Shown here: piece by piece, positions 30,269 to 39,568 of the stretch
How the letters are laid out: each line of letters begins with the position of its first letter
Numbering within the stretch: position 1 is the first letter of the stretch
Origin: Longimicrobiales bacterium
Lineage (GTDB): Bacteria; Gemmatimonadota; Gemmatimonadetes; Longimicrobiales; Gaopeijiaceae
Assembly: GCA_965226375.1 (NCBI GenBank)
Contig: CBDDCX010000007.1
Span: 32,001-96,000 of the forward strand
Length of the DNA stretch: 64,000 bases
Direction of reading: 5' to 3'
Position numbers and translations under genes: made by a program
The notes under the pieces: model-generated
Databases searched by the model: none
The model's input: the letters and a program-made list of their open reading frames with translations, nothing else
What the model was told of the DNA's origin: nothing

Positions 30269-31000
30269 CGGGCCCTCACCCGAGTTGCCACTCCCGAAAG
30301 CGAAGGCGAACTGCTCGAACTCGCACACTGCAGCACGGCCGCCCAACTGGAGCGGGTGGTACGGGCCTGGCGTCGGTTGAGCCGGCACGACGAGCAGGAG
30401 CTCGAACGGATGCGGCATCGCTCGCGCTGCTTCTCGGTCTTCCCCGACGAGGAGGGCATGTACCTGGTGCGCGGCCGGTTGGACCCAGAGGTGGGCGCGA
30501 TGCTCATACGGGCCGTCGATGCGGCGGGCGACGCGTTGTTCCGCCGGAACGCTTCGGAAGAGATCGAGCCAAAGCAGCGTCGAGCGGACGCGGTGGGGTT
30601 GCTCGCGGAGATGGCACTGGCGGTGGGGTTCGGGCATGCGGACAGGGAGGATCTGCAAGGCGTGGGCGGCGAAGCCGAGGGCACGACACGTAAAGGCAGC
30701 GGCGCGGAGAGGGAGAGCGATGATGCCACCGACACCGAGACCGGCGCCGATCCGACCCCCCGCAGCGGCAGTCGAGCCGAGCGCTTCCAGGTCGTACTAC
30801 ACGTCGAGGCGGCCACCCTGGATCGTGACAGCGAACCAGGGCGTTCCGAACTGGAGGATGGGACGCGCGTTTCCGCGGAAACGTCTCGGCGGCTCTCATG
30901 CGACGCGAGCGTGGTGCGAATCTCCGAGGCGCCGGACGGCTCTATCCTCGACATCGGGCGCAAGACTCGTACGATTCCGCCGGCCCTTCGGCGTGCGCTG
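30269..31000 (+). pseudogene. DUF222 (13E12-repeat/HNH-associated) protein fragment lacking its N-terminus and HNH domain
   Basis: RALTRVATPE..TAAQLER, RGRLDPEVGA, QRRADA, RFQVVLHV, SAETSRRLSCDA, LDIGRKTRTIPPALRRAL. The expected RD-x-x-C..HH HNH tail is absent. Confidence 0.85.
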
Positions 31001-31762
31001 GACATCCCTGTACAGCGCCTCGAGTCCATCGGCTCGTTCACTCGCGAATCGGGCCGGAGGAAGCGAAGCAAAGACACACGTGTCGCCATCGTTGGTGGGG
31101 ATGGCTCCCACGCTCGCGTTTAGTGCGTAAAACCAGTGGAAGCCCTCGAGCCCCAGATCCTGGAAGTACCCGTAAATGGAAGCCGTTGTATGGGAGACGG
31201 AATAGTCCAGGTCGGCTTCTATGAGGCGCGCCACGCGCGACCGGATTCCGTCGGCCCCGATGACGACCTCGGCAGCCACTTCGATCTCGGCCCTGTCGGC
31301 TCCGGCGATCTTGGCGCCACGGATCCGACCGTCGGAGTCGCGGAGCAGATCCACCACGGACAGGCCATGGACGACTTCGGCGCCGGCAGCCTCGGCGGCG
31401 TCCACGAGTATGCGGTCCACGACGGTCCGTCGGGGGGCGTACAGCGCATCGATCCCGTCCTTCGCCTTGATCGCGACCTCGATGGGCTCGTCACCGTAGT
31501 GGAACGTGGTCGTCCGGATCGGGGGGGTCCCTGCGGCCTGCAGCTCGCCGAGCACCCCCCAGCGATGCAGCTGTAGCACTCCGGGCCTCATGAGCGCGTG
31601 GGTCGACAGAGTGTCGCTTCCACGCTTTGCCGGATCGACTACCAGGACTCGAAGCCCCTGATGGGCGAGGAGCATGGCGGTGGACGCACCCGAACAGCGC
31701 GCGCCCGCGATCACAACGTCGTAGCGGTCCCGTGAGACCGAAGACCGCGAAGTCGGCCCCAC
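31001..31762 (-). pseudogene. FAD-dependent oxidoreductase (geranylgeranyl-reductase/FixC-like), C-terminally truncated
   Basis: YDVVIAGARCSG, SDTLSTHAL, YAPRR, VIGADGIRS. Homology stops after ~254 codons at the DUF222 junction; the second FAD motif (GDA) is missing. Confidence 0.8.
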
Positions 31763-31764
31763 TT

Positions 31765-33141
31765 TCAGGTCACCACGGGGCTTGGAACCACACGCTCTGC
31801 ACCTGACGGACGCGCCGACGGGGAGTTGACTTGGTCCTCGGATGATGGACCCGCCTGGTCTTCGGATGCCGGACTCGACTGCTCCAACGCCACCGCGGTG
31901 CCGTTGGATCCGCCATTGTCCAGATACGCCGCCAGGTGAGCGCTCAGATTGCGCGCATCATCCCCCGCCCCGTCGATCAAGCTCGACTTCCGACGACGCA
32001 GGAACGGAATCCCGATCAGATACATCCCCGGCGCCTCGACCACGCCACCGTCGTGCAGGATGTGGCCCTTGCGATCCAAGACCGGCACATCCAGCCACGA
32101 GTAGTCCGGTCGGAAGCCGGTAGCCCAAAGGACGGTCCGGAACTCACCGCTGGCGAGGTCGAGACCGAGCGGCGGGGACGCCTCCACACGGGTGGCCTCG
32201 AAGCGGTGCGGCGGATCGAGCTGGTCGTCGAGTCCGCTCTCTGTCGCCCACTCGTCGATCCGGTCCAGCAATCGGTTCATCTTGAGATCGGACATCGCGC
32301 ACTGGTTGGTCAGCGATCCGGAGAACTGTGCCTTGCCGTCATTGATGCCGGCCAGACGACCGATGAGCTTCACTCCAATGTCCGTCAGGGAATTCAGATC
32401 GACGGTTCGGCGCTCGTCGGTCCCGGCGAGTTGAAGCGACGGCACGCTTCTCACCCGGGCCAGGTTGTCCACTTCGGTATAGAACTCGTCGAGCACGCCG
32501 GCACCATCCATCCAGAACTTGATGTCGCGGCCTCTATAGACGCGGGGCGCACGGATGTGCTCACCGACGGCCAACGTGACGGGCCGGCCCGAGCGCTGGA
32601 GCTCGGCGGCGATCTGCGTACCGGTCGCCGAAGCGCCAACCACCATCACACCACCTGATTCGAGCTGGTCCGGGTTGCGGTACTCCATGGGGGTGACGGT
32701 CTGGATCGAGGACGGCAGCGCCTCCGAGAGGGCCGGTACGATCGGGATGTTGCACGCTCCTGTCGCCAGGACCACAGTCCGGCATTGCCAGTCGCCCTGA
32801 TCCGTAATGACCTCGTAACCGTCGTCGACGGCGCGCACCGATGTGACCGTGGTGTACGTCTGAACAGGAGCCGCGATCACATCTGCATACCGCTCGATGA
32901 AGTCGATGGTCTCGGGCATCGTGCGGAAACCATCGGGGTCGTCACCCTCATAACCATAGCCGGGCAACCTGCTCTGCCAATTCGGCGTGAGCAGTCGTAA
33001 CGAGTCCCAACGCTCGGTCTTCCACGAGTGCGCCACCTCGCCCCGCTCGAGGACCACATGGTCGATCGAACGGTCGGCGAGGCAGCGACTCATGGCCAGA
33101 CCCGCGTGGCCGGCTCCGATGATTACGGTCGTCGTACGCAC
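31765..33141 (-). CDS. Flavin-dependent monooxygenase-like NAD(P)/FAD oxidoreductase (CzcO/TrkA-like)
   Basis: IIGAGHAGL, ERWDSLRLLTP, VVLATG, YRNPDQL, VVGASATG, LWATGFRPDY. Confidence 0.9.
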   Translation of the reverse strand: MRTTTVIIGAGHAGLAMSRCLADRSIDHVVLERGEVAHSWKTERWDSLRLLTPNWQSRLPGYGYEGDDPDGFRTMPETIDFIERYADVIAAPVQTYTTVTSVRAVDDGYEVITDQGDWQCRTVVLATGACNIPIVPALSEALPSSIQTVTPMEYRNPDQLESGGVMVVGASATGTQIAAELQRSGRPVTLAVGEHIRAPRVYRGRDIKFWMDGAGVLDEFYTEVDNLARVRSVPSLQLAGTDERRTVDLNSLTDIGVKLIGRLAGINDGKAQFSGSLTNQCAMSDLKMNRLLDRIDEWATESGLDDQLDPPHRFEATRVEASPPLGLDLASGEFRTVLWATGFRPDYSWLDVPVLDRKGHILHDGGVVEAPGMYLIGIPFLRRRKSSLIDGAGDDARNLSAHLAAYLDNGGSNGTAVALEQSSPASEDQAGPSSEDQVNSPSARPSGAERVVPSPVVT

Positions 33142-33168
33142 GGTTATCTCCGATCCCGCTAGGCGGGG

Positions 33169-33726
33169 TCAGTTGACCTCGACCGTGACGTTGGTCGAGT
33201 TCGTGATAGCGTCGAAGACCGCCGAGCGCTTCTGAGACTGGGCCACGACAGCCTTGATCTCGTCGGGCGTCGCGTCGGCATCGATGTCGTACTTGACCGT
33301 GATCCCATCGAATCCATTCCTGACGTCGCCGTCCATGCCCAGGATGCCCTGGATGTCCATCCCACCCTCAATCGTCGCCGTGACTGAGTTCAGCTGGATT
33401 TCACGGCTCTGTGCGACCGAGGCGATTCCGGCCGTCAGGCAGCTGGCCAGACCCGCAAGCAAGAGCTCGACTGGGGTGGCGCCGTGGTCCTCAGAAGCAA
33501 AGACCTCGGGATGATCGGCGTCGAAGGTGAACTGGGTCTTGTGATGCTGCTCTTCACCGAGTCCGAAGAAACCTTCGATGGTGGAGCGACTGTGGGTGCC
33601 GTTCACCCACTCGCACGTGGCCCGCCACTGAAACTGGGCGGCTTCCGGTGCTTCGGACAGCGCTTCTCGCGCTTCGAGCAGGGCTTCGACGTTCACGCCG
33701 TTGTCGACAGTCTTATCAGTGCTCAT
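33169..33726 (-). CDS. OsmC-like family protein (single conserved Cys)
   Basis: NGVNVEAL, ADHP, TPVELLLAGLASCLT, G.MD..GILG, VRNGF, SQKRSAVFD. AAGGAG RBS upstream. Confidence 0.9.
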   Translation of the reverse strand: MSTDKTVDNGVNVEALLEAREALSEAPEAAQFQWRATCEWVNGTHSRSTIEGFFGLGEEQHHKTQFTFDADHPEVFASEDHGATPVELLLAGLASCLTAGIASVAQSREIQLNSVTATIEGGMDIQGILGMDGDVRNGFDGITVKYDIDADATPDEIKAVVAQSQKRSAVFDAITNSTNVTVEVN

Positions 33727-33813
33727 AGGGTACTCCTTTAGTAGCTGTGCAGCGGGAGGCCGACGTTTCGACCTCCTCCTACACACGTGTACCGGAGGCG
33801 ACGACTAATCGGC

Positions 33814-34359
33814 TCACGGCGTCATGATGTGGGTGGTGCTGGTGCCGGCGTTCATGATCCACGCGCCACCTGCACTACGGTCGTCGGGCAGGCCGGTGGA
33901 TTCGGTGGTTGCTCCGGGCACGGCAATGGTCTTGTGAACCCCCGCGCTCTCCCGATCGGGACCATTCATGGAGTACCACACCGACCCATACTCCGGCAGT
34001 ACGCGGGTTCCGTCCCCCTCGGCAGCCGCCACCATCGCACGGACTTCACCGCCGTCGGCGCTTTCTGCATCGAACCGGCGACTCTGCGCGACCCGGTCCA
34101 GGTTGGCCACACTCGTGCACTGCACCGCGAATACTGCCCGACGGGGCTCACCGGACCGGTCGTAGCAGACCATCCGGTTCGTGCCCTCCTTGAGAGTCTC
34201 GTACGTGTAGTCCGCATTCCATTTGATGACCGTGGCATCCTCACGGGCCCTCGAGGGCGCCGCCGCCAATGCGCGGTCGATCGCTTCCGCCACGGTTTGA
34301 GCATTCACACCGGCTGGGATAGTCGCCAGACCGAAAACAACGAGGATGAGCCGCTTCAT
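33814..34359 (-). CDS. Conserved hypothetical secreted protein
   Basis: Signal peptide (..VNA-Q), ALAAAP..ATV, EGTN..VC, TGLP, WIM.AGT..HIM. GGAGG RBS upstream. Confidence 0.8.
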   Translation of the reverse strand: MKRLILVVFGLATIPAGVNAQTVAEAIDRALAAAPSRAREDATVIKWNADYTYETLKEGTNRMVCYDRSGEPRRAVFAVQCTSVANLDRVAQSRRFDAESADGGEVRAMVAAAEGDGTRVLPEYGSVWYSMNGPDRESAGVHKTIAVPGATTESTGLPDDRSAGGAWIMNAGTSTTHIMTP

Positions 34360-34488
34360 TCGATGACCTCCACTTCGACAGATGGACAGTTAGTAGACAG
34401 GCTGTTGGCAAACCGACAGTTGGCAGGTGGACCGTTCGGAGTTGGACGGCTCACGGTTGAACAGTACATGGACACACAATCCGACACA

Positions 34489-35034
34489 TTATTTCTTCAG
34501 CTTGTGGGTAAACCGGGCCCTTAGCTTCGCGACCGTCGGGTCGATGACGACCCTGCAATACGGCTGCTCCCCATTCTGCCGATAGTAACCTTGATGGTAG
34601 TCCTCGGCCCGATAGAAGGACTCCGCCGGCGCCACCTCGGTAACAATGGGGTCTTTCCACACACCGTCTGCGGTCAGATCGGCGATGACGGCCTCGATCG
34701 TCTCCTTCTGCTCAGGTGAGTGGTAGAAGATCACGGAGCGGTATTGGGGTCCCGCGTCGGCCCCCTGCCGGTCGACCGTGGTCGGGTCGTGGATAGTGAA
34801 AAAGACCTCGAGTATCTCACGATAGCTGGTGACTTCGGGGGCGAATTCGACGCGAACCACCTCGGCATGGCCCGACTGCCCGGAGCAGAGATCCTGATAC
34901 GTCGGGTTCTCGACGTGGCCTCCGGACGCCCCGGAGACTACGGACTCCACACCCTCGAGGAGCTCGTACACCGCTTCCAGGCACCAGAAGCAGCCACCTC
35001 CGAGAGTAGCGGTCTCCCGCGCCGCCTCATTCAT
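34489..35034 (-). CDS. msrA: Peptide-methionine (S)-S-oxide reductase
   Basis: GGGCFWC, NPTY..C.G..GHAEVV, HDPT..RQG.D.G.QYRS, FY.AEDYHQ.YY, PYC. Start 35034 (ATG) or 35043 (TTG). Confidence 0.96.
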   Translation of the reverse strand: MNEAARETATLGGGCFWCLEAVYELLEGVESVVSGASGGHVENPTYQDLCSGQSGHAEVVRVEFAPEVTSYREILEVFFTIHDPTTVDRQGADAGPQYRSVIFYHSPEQKETIEAVIADLTADGVWKDPIVTEVAPAESFYRAEDYHQGYYRQNGEQPYCRVVIDPTVAKLRARFTHKLKK

Positions 35035-35043
35035 TTCACGCAA

Positions 35044-35206
35044 CGAACACCTGCCGACAGCGAGCTACTCGGGTTGGAGCCGGCGGGGTTGAGATACTCC
35101 GGGGCGGCCTCCTGGGCCGCTGGTTCGGCAGCGTCAGCCTCGGATACGGGTGGCTGGCAACCGAGCTGGCCAAAGGCAGAGCAAGAGCGAACGCTCCTCG
35201 AAGCAT
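35044..35206 (-). pseudogene. Decayed 5' remnant of a lipoprotein-signal RidA-like gene
   Basis: AGGAGG RBS + ATG (MLRGAFALAL..). After one frameshift: LGCQPPVSEADAAEPAAQEAAPEYLNPAGSNPSSSLSAGVR, which parallels CQPP..EYL..FSEAVR of 8591-9073. Confidence 0.5.
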
Positions 35207-35503
35207 GGGTGATCCTCCTGTAGGGATGTGGTTTGTTGCCTCAACCTACTGTGGAGGCCCAGAAGTTCGCGAGCCGGCAAGAGCGGCGAGACACTTCAGG
35301 GTTCGCGCGACAGAGCCAAGCCACCCGTACGAGCACCCCCTCGGCACATGGGAGGGCGGCATCGCCTTGCAAGCTCTCCTTGCCCACAGCACAATCCTCC
35401 ATGTCGTGAAGTCTCTTCCGACCAGAAAATCGTGCGTGCGTGGCAACCACTCGCGACAACGCCCAGAACCCAGAGGACCGTGTCGATCACGGAGCGTTCG
35501 GCC

Positions 35504-37573
35504 ATGACCCCATCCCCGACCAGCGGGCTCCTTCGACAACCTATCACCACCGTCGTAGCGCTGACCCTAGCCCTCACGCTCGGAGCGGCCGCCCCGACGG
35601 CGGCGGCCCAGCAGCGAGCGCTCGAGGCAGACGACCTGTTCGCCATCAAGAGGGTCGGGAATCCACAGGTCAGTCCCGACGGCAAGTGGGTGGCCTATAC
35701 GGTCGGTACCACCAGTCTGGAAGACGAGAAATCCACCACCCGCCTCTGGATGGTGTCTACGGGTGGAGGTGAGCCGCTGCCGATGACGTCCGAGAGCTAC
35801 TCGGCCTCTAATCCCCGGTGGAGCCCGGACGGCAAGTACCTGTCCTTCACCGCGACCCGGAACGACACCACGAGCCAGGTATGGGCCCTGGACCGGCGTG
35901 GCGGCGAGGCGCAACAGCTCACCGACCTGAAACAGGGTGTGGGCGGATACGAGTGGTCGCCCGACGGCGCCCGGATCGTCCTGACCATCCGGGATCCCGA
36001 GGAAGAGGACGACGAAGACGGAAAAGAGGGGAAGGAAAGCAAGACCAAGGATCCCTGGGTGATCGACCGCCTACAGTTCAAGCGAGACGGCCGCGGATAC
36101 CTGACCGGTGACCGGCACACACATCTGTTCACACTCGACATGGCGTCGAAGACTCTCACCCAGATCACGTCGGGCCGTTGGGACGAGGCCCAGCCCGCCT
36201 GGAGTCCCGACGGCAAGCACATCGCCTTTGTCAGCAACCGCACTGAGGATCCGGACGCGAACTCGAACTCGGACCTTTGGATCGTGTCGTCCGACAACAC
36301 GGACCAGGGAGCGACGCTCCTCCGCCTTACCGACTACGAGGGAGGAGACTCCCAGCCCGCCTGGAGCCCAGACGGAAAGTGGATCGCCTATGTCACGGAC
36401 GAAACGGATCCACGGTACGGCGCCCTCTCGGTGAATCGGCTCGCCAAGGTGTCCGCTGCGGGCGGACCCCGGGAGCTCATGGCTCCTGACCTCGACCGAA
36501 ATGTGTCCGCTCCGGAGTTCACGTATGACGGTTACGGCGTGATCGCGAGCGTACAGGACAGCGGGGAGCGCTATCTGGCCAAGACCGACGCCGCCGGGCG
36601 CCTGACCCGCTTGCTGGAGGGCGAGCACAACATGTCCGCCTTCTCGGTGAGTCCTACCGGCGTGATCGCAGCGGTCCTTAGCAAGCCCCACCTCCCGGCC
36701 GAGATCTTTCTTCTCAAGGGGGGCGAGCAGTGGCAGCTCACGCATATCAACGATGAGCACCTTGCCGAGATCCGATTGGCCGAGGTCACGAATATCCACT
36801 TCCCGAGCCGAGACGGAACAGAGATCGAGGGATGGATCTTCACGCCCCCCGGCTACGACTCGACGCTGCGCTACCCGACGATCCTCAGGATTCACGGGGG
36901 CCCCAACGGCATGTACAGCGTCGGCTTCAACTTCGAGGCTCAGCTCCTGGCAGCGAACGGATACGTGGTTGTGACCACGAACCCTCGCGGCTCCTCCGGC
37001 TATGGTGAGGAGTTCAGCATGGCCCTCTGGCAGAAGTGGGGCATCCCGGACTTCGAAGACGTGATGGCCGGGGTCGACCATGCCGTGTCCGAGGGATACT
37101 CCGACCCGAATCGCCTGGGCGTCGGGGGATGGTCGTACGGAGGCATTCTCACGAACTATGTGATTACGAAGACCGACCGCTTCGCGGGAGCAATCACGGG
37201 CGCCAGCATGGCGCTCTTGGTCGCGAACTTCGGTCACGACCACTACCAGCTGGCCAACGAACGGGAATGGGGTCTGCCGTGGGAGACCCGTGAGCTCTGG
37301 GAGGAGTTGTCCCCGTTCAACTCCATCGACAAGGTGGTAACGCCCACCCTGGTCATGGGCGGAGAGCAGGACTGGAACGTCCCGATTCAGAACTCGGAGC
37401 AGCTCTACCAGGCTCTGCGCAGGAGAGGGGTGCCCACTCAACTGGTGGTGTACCCGGGCCAGCCCCACGGGCTGCGGGTGCCGTCCTACCAGAAGGACCG
37501 CCTCGAGAGGTACGTGGCCTGGTATGACAAATGGGTGAAGGTCGCCTCGAAGCCGGTGACGGACGACGAGTGA
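35504..37573 (+). CDS. Secreted S9 family peptidase (acylaminoacyl-peptidase-like)
   Basis: WSPDG repeats, IHGGP, NPRGSSGYG, GWSYGG, DWNVP, YPGQPHG. Signal peptide from ATG 35504. Confidence 0.94.
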   Translation: MTPSPTSGLLRQPITTVVALTLALTLGAAAPTAAAQQRALEADDLFAIKRVGNPQVSPDGKWVAYTVGTTSLEDEKSTTRLWMVSTGGGEPLPMTSESYSASNPRWSPDGKYLSFTATRNDTTSQVWALDRRGGEAQQLTDLKQGVGGYEWSPDGARIVLTIRDPEEEDDEDGKEGKESKTKDPWVIDRLQFKRDGRGYLTGDRHTHLFTLDMASKTLTQITSGRWDEAQPAWSPDGKHIAFVSNRTEDPDANSNSDLWIVSSDNTDQGATLLRLTDYEGGDSQPAWSPDGKWIAYVTDETDPRYGALSVNRLAKVSAAGGPRELMAPDLDRNVSAPEFTYDGYGVIASVQDSGERYLAKTDAAGRLTRLLEGEHNMSAFSVSPTGVIAAVLSKPHLPAEIFLLKGGEQWQLTHINDEHLAEIRLAEVTNIHFPSRDGTEIEGWIFTPPGYDSTLRYPTILRIHGGPNGMYSVGFNFEAQLLAANGYVVVTTNPRGSSGYGEEFSMALWQKWGIPDFEDVMAGVDHAVSEGYSDPNRLGVGGWSYGGILTNYVITKTDRFAGAITGASMALLVANFGHDHYQLANEREWGLPWETRELWEELSPFNSIDKVVTPTLVMGGEQDWNVPIQNSEQLYQALRRRGVPTQLVVYPGQPHGLRVPSYQKDRLERYVAWYDKWVKVASKPVTDDE

Positions 37574-37648
37574 CCGACAGAGCGATGCCCTACAACGATA
37601 CAGGACCCTGCTGGTTACCAAGACCGGCCGAGCATTGAGGAGACTACG

Positions 37649-38827
37649 ATGTCACGAATGAGTAGAGAGCTGGGCTGGGGAGTCATCTCTCTGGCCGTAT
37701 TGAGCGCGGGCTGTGAGTCTGCCGAGTCTGGCCCGTCCGCGTTCGTCTCGACGCTGGGGGACGACACCATCACGGTCGAGGTATTCACCCGATCGGACGC
37801 CAGGATCGAAGGTCAGCTGATCACCCGCCTGCCCTACACCCGGCGGACCACCTATGTCGCCGACCTCAACCCGGACGGGACCATCTCCCGTCTTGAGGCC
37901 GAGACGAGCACGCCGGCGGAAAACCCCGAGGGGGACGCTCCACAATCCTGGACGATCACGATCGCGGGCAGAACCGCTAACGTGGAGCGGACCGGGGGGC
38001 AAAACCCAGGCACGAACTCCTTCGAAGTGGAAGCCGGCGCGATTCCGACTCTGGGAAGAGCCTCCATTGCCATGTTCGCCTTCGATCAGGCGATGCGGCA
38101 GGCACGGACTTCCGGGAACGCGGAGTACCCTGTCGAGCTGGTCTACCCGACGCGCCCTCAGCCGGTGAGCAACACGATCGCGCGGCGCGGCGGTGACACG
38201 GTCGCCATCACCTACTTCGGAGCGCCCCTCAGGGCCTGGGCCGACGCAGACGGCGACATCCTCGGCGCCGACGGTACGCTGACGACCATGGACGCGGTCA
38301 CCACGAGGGTGGCCGGTCTCGACACCGATGCCCTGGGGGCCACCTGGGCCGGCATGGACGCGCGTCGAGAGGGCATCGGCGTTCCGTCACCCGCCGCGAC
38401 CGCGCAGGGGACGCTCCAAGGCGCGACCATCGAGATCGCATACTCCCAGCCGGCCAAGCGGGGCCGCGACATCTGGGGCGCATTAGTGCCGCACGACGGG
38501 GTGTGGCGGACGGGGGCGAACGCGGCCACGGTCTTCACGACGGGTAGCGACCTGATCATCGGGGGGGCAGCGGTGCCGGCCGGCAGTTACACGTTGTGGT
38601 CGACCTATTCCGCGGACTCCCAGCAGCTGATCATAAACGGCGAGACGGGGCAGTGGGGCACGGCCTACAACGCCGACAACGACTTCGTAACGGTAGAGAT
38701 GACCAAGTCGGCTCTCCCCGGAATGCTGGAGCGTTTCACCATCTCGCTGGAAGAGACGACCGATGGCGGCATGCTCCACCTCGATTGGGATCGCAGCCGG
38801 TTCTCGGTGGACATCCGGGTTCCGTGA
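37649..38827 (+). CDS. Lipoprotein with C-terminal DUF2911 domain
   Basis: LSAGC lipobox; SP..YSQPAKRGRDIWGALVP..VWRTGANAAT..GSYTL..GQWG. Confidence 0.87.
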   Translation: MSRMSRELGWGVISLAVLSAGCESAESGPSAFVSTLGDDTITVEVFTRSDARIEGQLITRLPYTRRTTYVADLNPDGTISRLEAETSTPAENPEGDAPQSWTITIAGRTANVERTGGQNPGTNSFEVEAGAIPTLGRASIAMFAFDQAMRQARTSGNAEYPVELVYPTRPQPVSNTIARRGGDTVAITYFGAPLRAWADADGDILGADGTLTTMDAVTTRVAGLDTDALGATWAGMDARREGIGVPSPAATAQGTLQGATIEIAYSQPAKRGRDIWGALVPHDGVWRTGANAATVFTTGSDLIIGGAAVPAGSYTLWSTYSADSQQLIINGETGQWGTAYNADNDFVTVEMTKSALPGMLERFTISLEETTDGGMLHLDWDRSRFSVDIRVP

Positions 38828-38863
38828 CAAGGCCGTGGCCGGTTAGCGTGATACGGCCGGTAG

Positions 38864-39565
38864 ATGGAGCGCCCGCTGCACACATATAGCGAGCACCGCT
38901 TCCAGGCCACGGGCAGTTCAGGTGAGGTCTCGGCCATGCTTCTCGAGCCGGCCGAGGCCCGTTGCCTCCTGGTTTTCAGTCACGGAGCGGGGGCCGGGAT
39001 GCGCCACCGATTCATGGAGGACGCCGCGGAGCGGTTGGCGGACCGGGGCGTCGCCACCTTCAGATACCAGTTCCCTTATATGGAGAAGGGGAGCAGGAGG
39101 CCGGACTACGGACCGATCTTGCTGAAGACGGTACGCTCCGCCGTGGCGGCTGCCGGCAACGTCGCCGGCGGGCTGCCTCTCTTCGCGGGAGGCAAGTCCA
39201 TGGGCGGACGAATGACCTCCCTGGCAGCCGCGAGCGAGGCATTGAACGGGGTGCGAGGCATCACCTTTTTCGGTTTTCCTCTTCACCCCGCGGGCAAGCC
39301 GGGCGTGGCAAGGGCCGACCATCTTGGCGATGTCGGGGTGCCCATGCTGTTCCTGCAGGGCACCCGCGACAAGCTGGCCCCCCTGGACCTCCTGGCCCCG
39401 GTATGCGAGGGTTTGGGACAGAGGGCTACGCTGCACGTCGTCGAAGGAGCCGACCACGGCTTCCATGTCCTGAAGCGGTCTGGGCGCACCGACGATGAAG
39501 TGCTGGATGAGCTCGTGGACACGACGCGCGCGTGGATCGACGTCGTTATGAAATCGGAGACGTAA
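38864..39565 (+). CDS. Alpha/beta hydrolase (KANL3/Tex30-like)
   Basis: HGAGAGM, GGKSMGGR, FPLHP, QGTRD, ADHGF. Confidence 0.9.
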   Translation: MERPLHTYSEHRFQATGSSGEVSAMLLEPAEARCLLVFSHGAGAGMRHRFMEDAAERLADRGVATFRYQFPYMEKGSRRPDYGPILLKTVRSAVAAAGNVAGGLPLFAGGKSMGGRMTSLAAASEALNGVRGITFFGFPLHPAGKPGVARADHLGDVGVPMLFLQGTRDKLAPLDLLAPVCEGLGQRATLHVVEGADHGFHVLKRSGRTDDEVLDELVDTTRAWIDVVMKSET

Positions 39566-39568
39566 GGT

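Noticed and set aside
34915..34945. MsrA SGASGG in place of the usual SGY-x-GG, as possible inactivation
   Set aside because: The catalytic GCFWC, the PTY Tyr, the GHAE Glu, the QYRS Tyr and the resolving Cys are all retained.
38864..39565. Alpha/beta hydrolase as the missing kynurenine formamidase
   Set aside because: It lies about 13 kb from the kyn genes in an unrelated run and lacks the HGG-x-W motif of AFMID-type enzymes.
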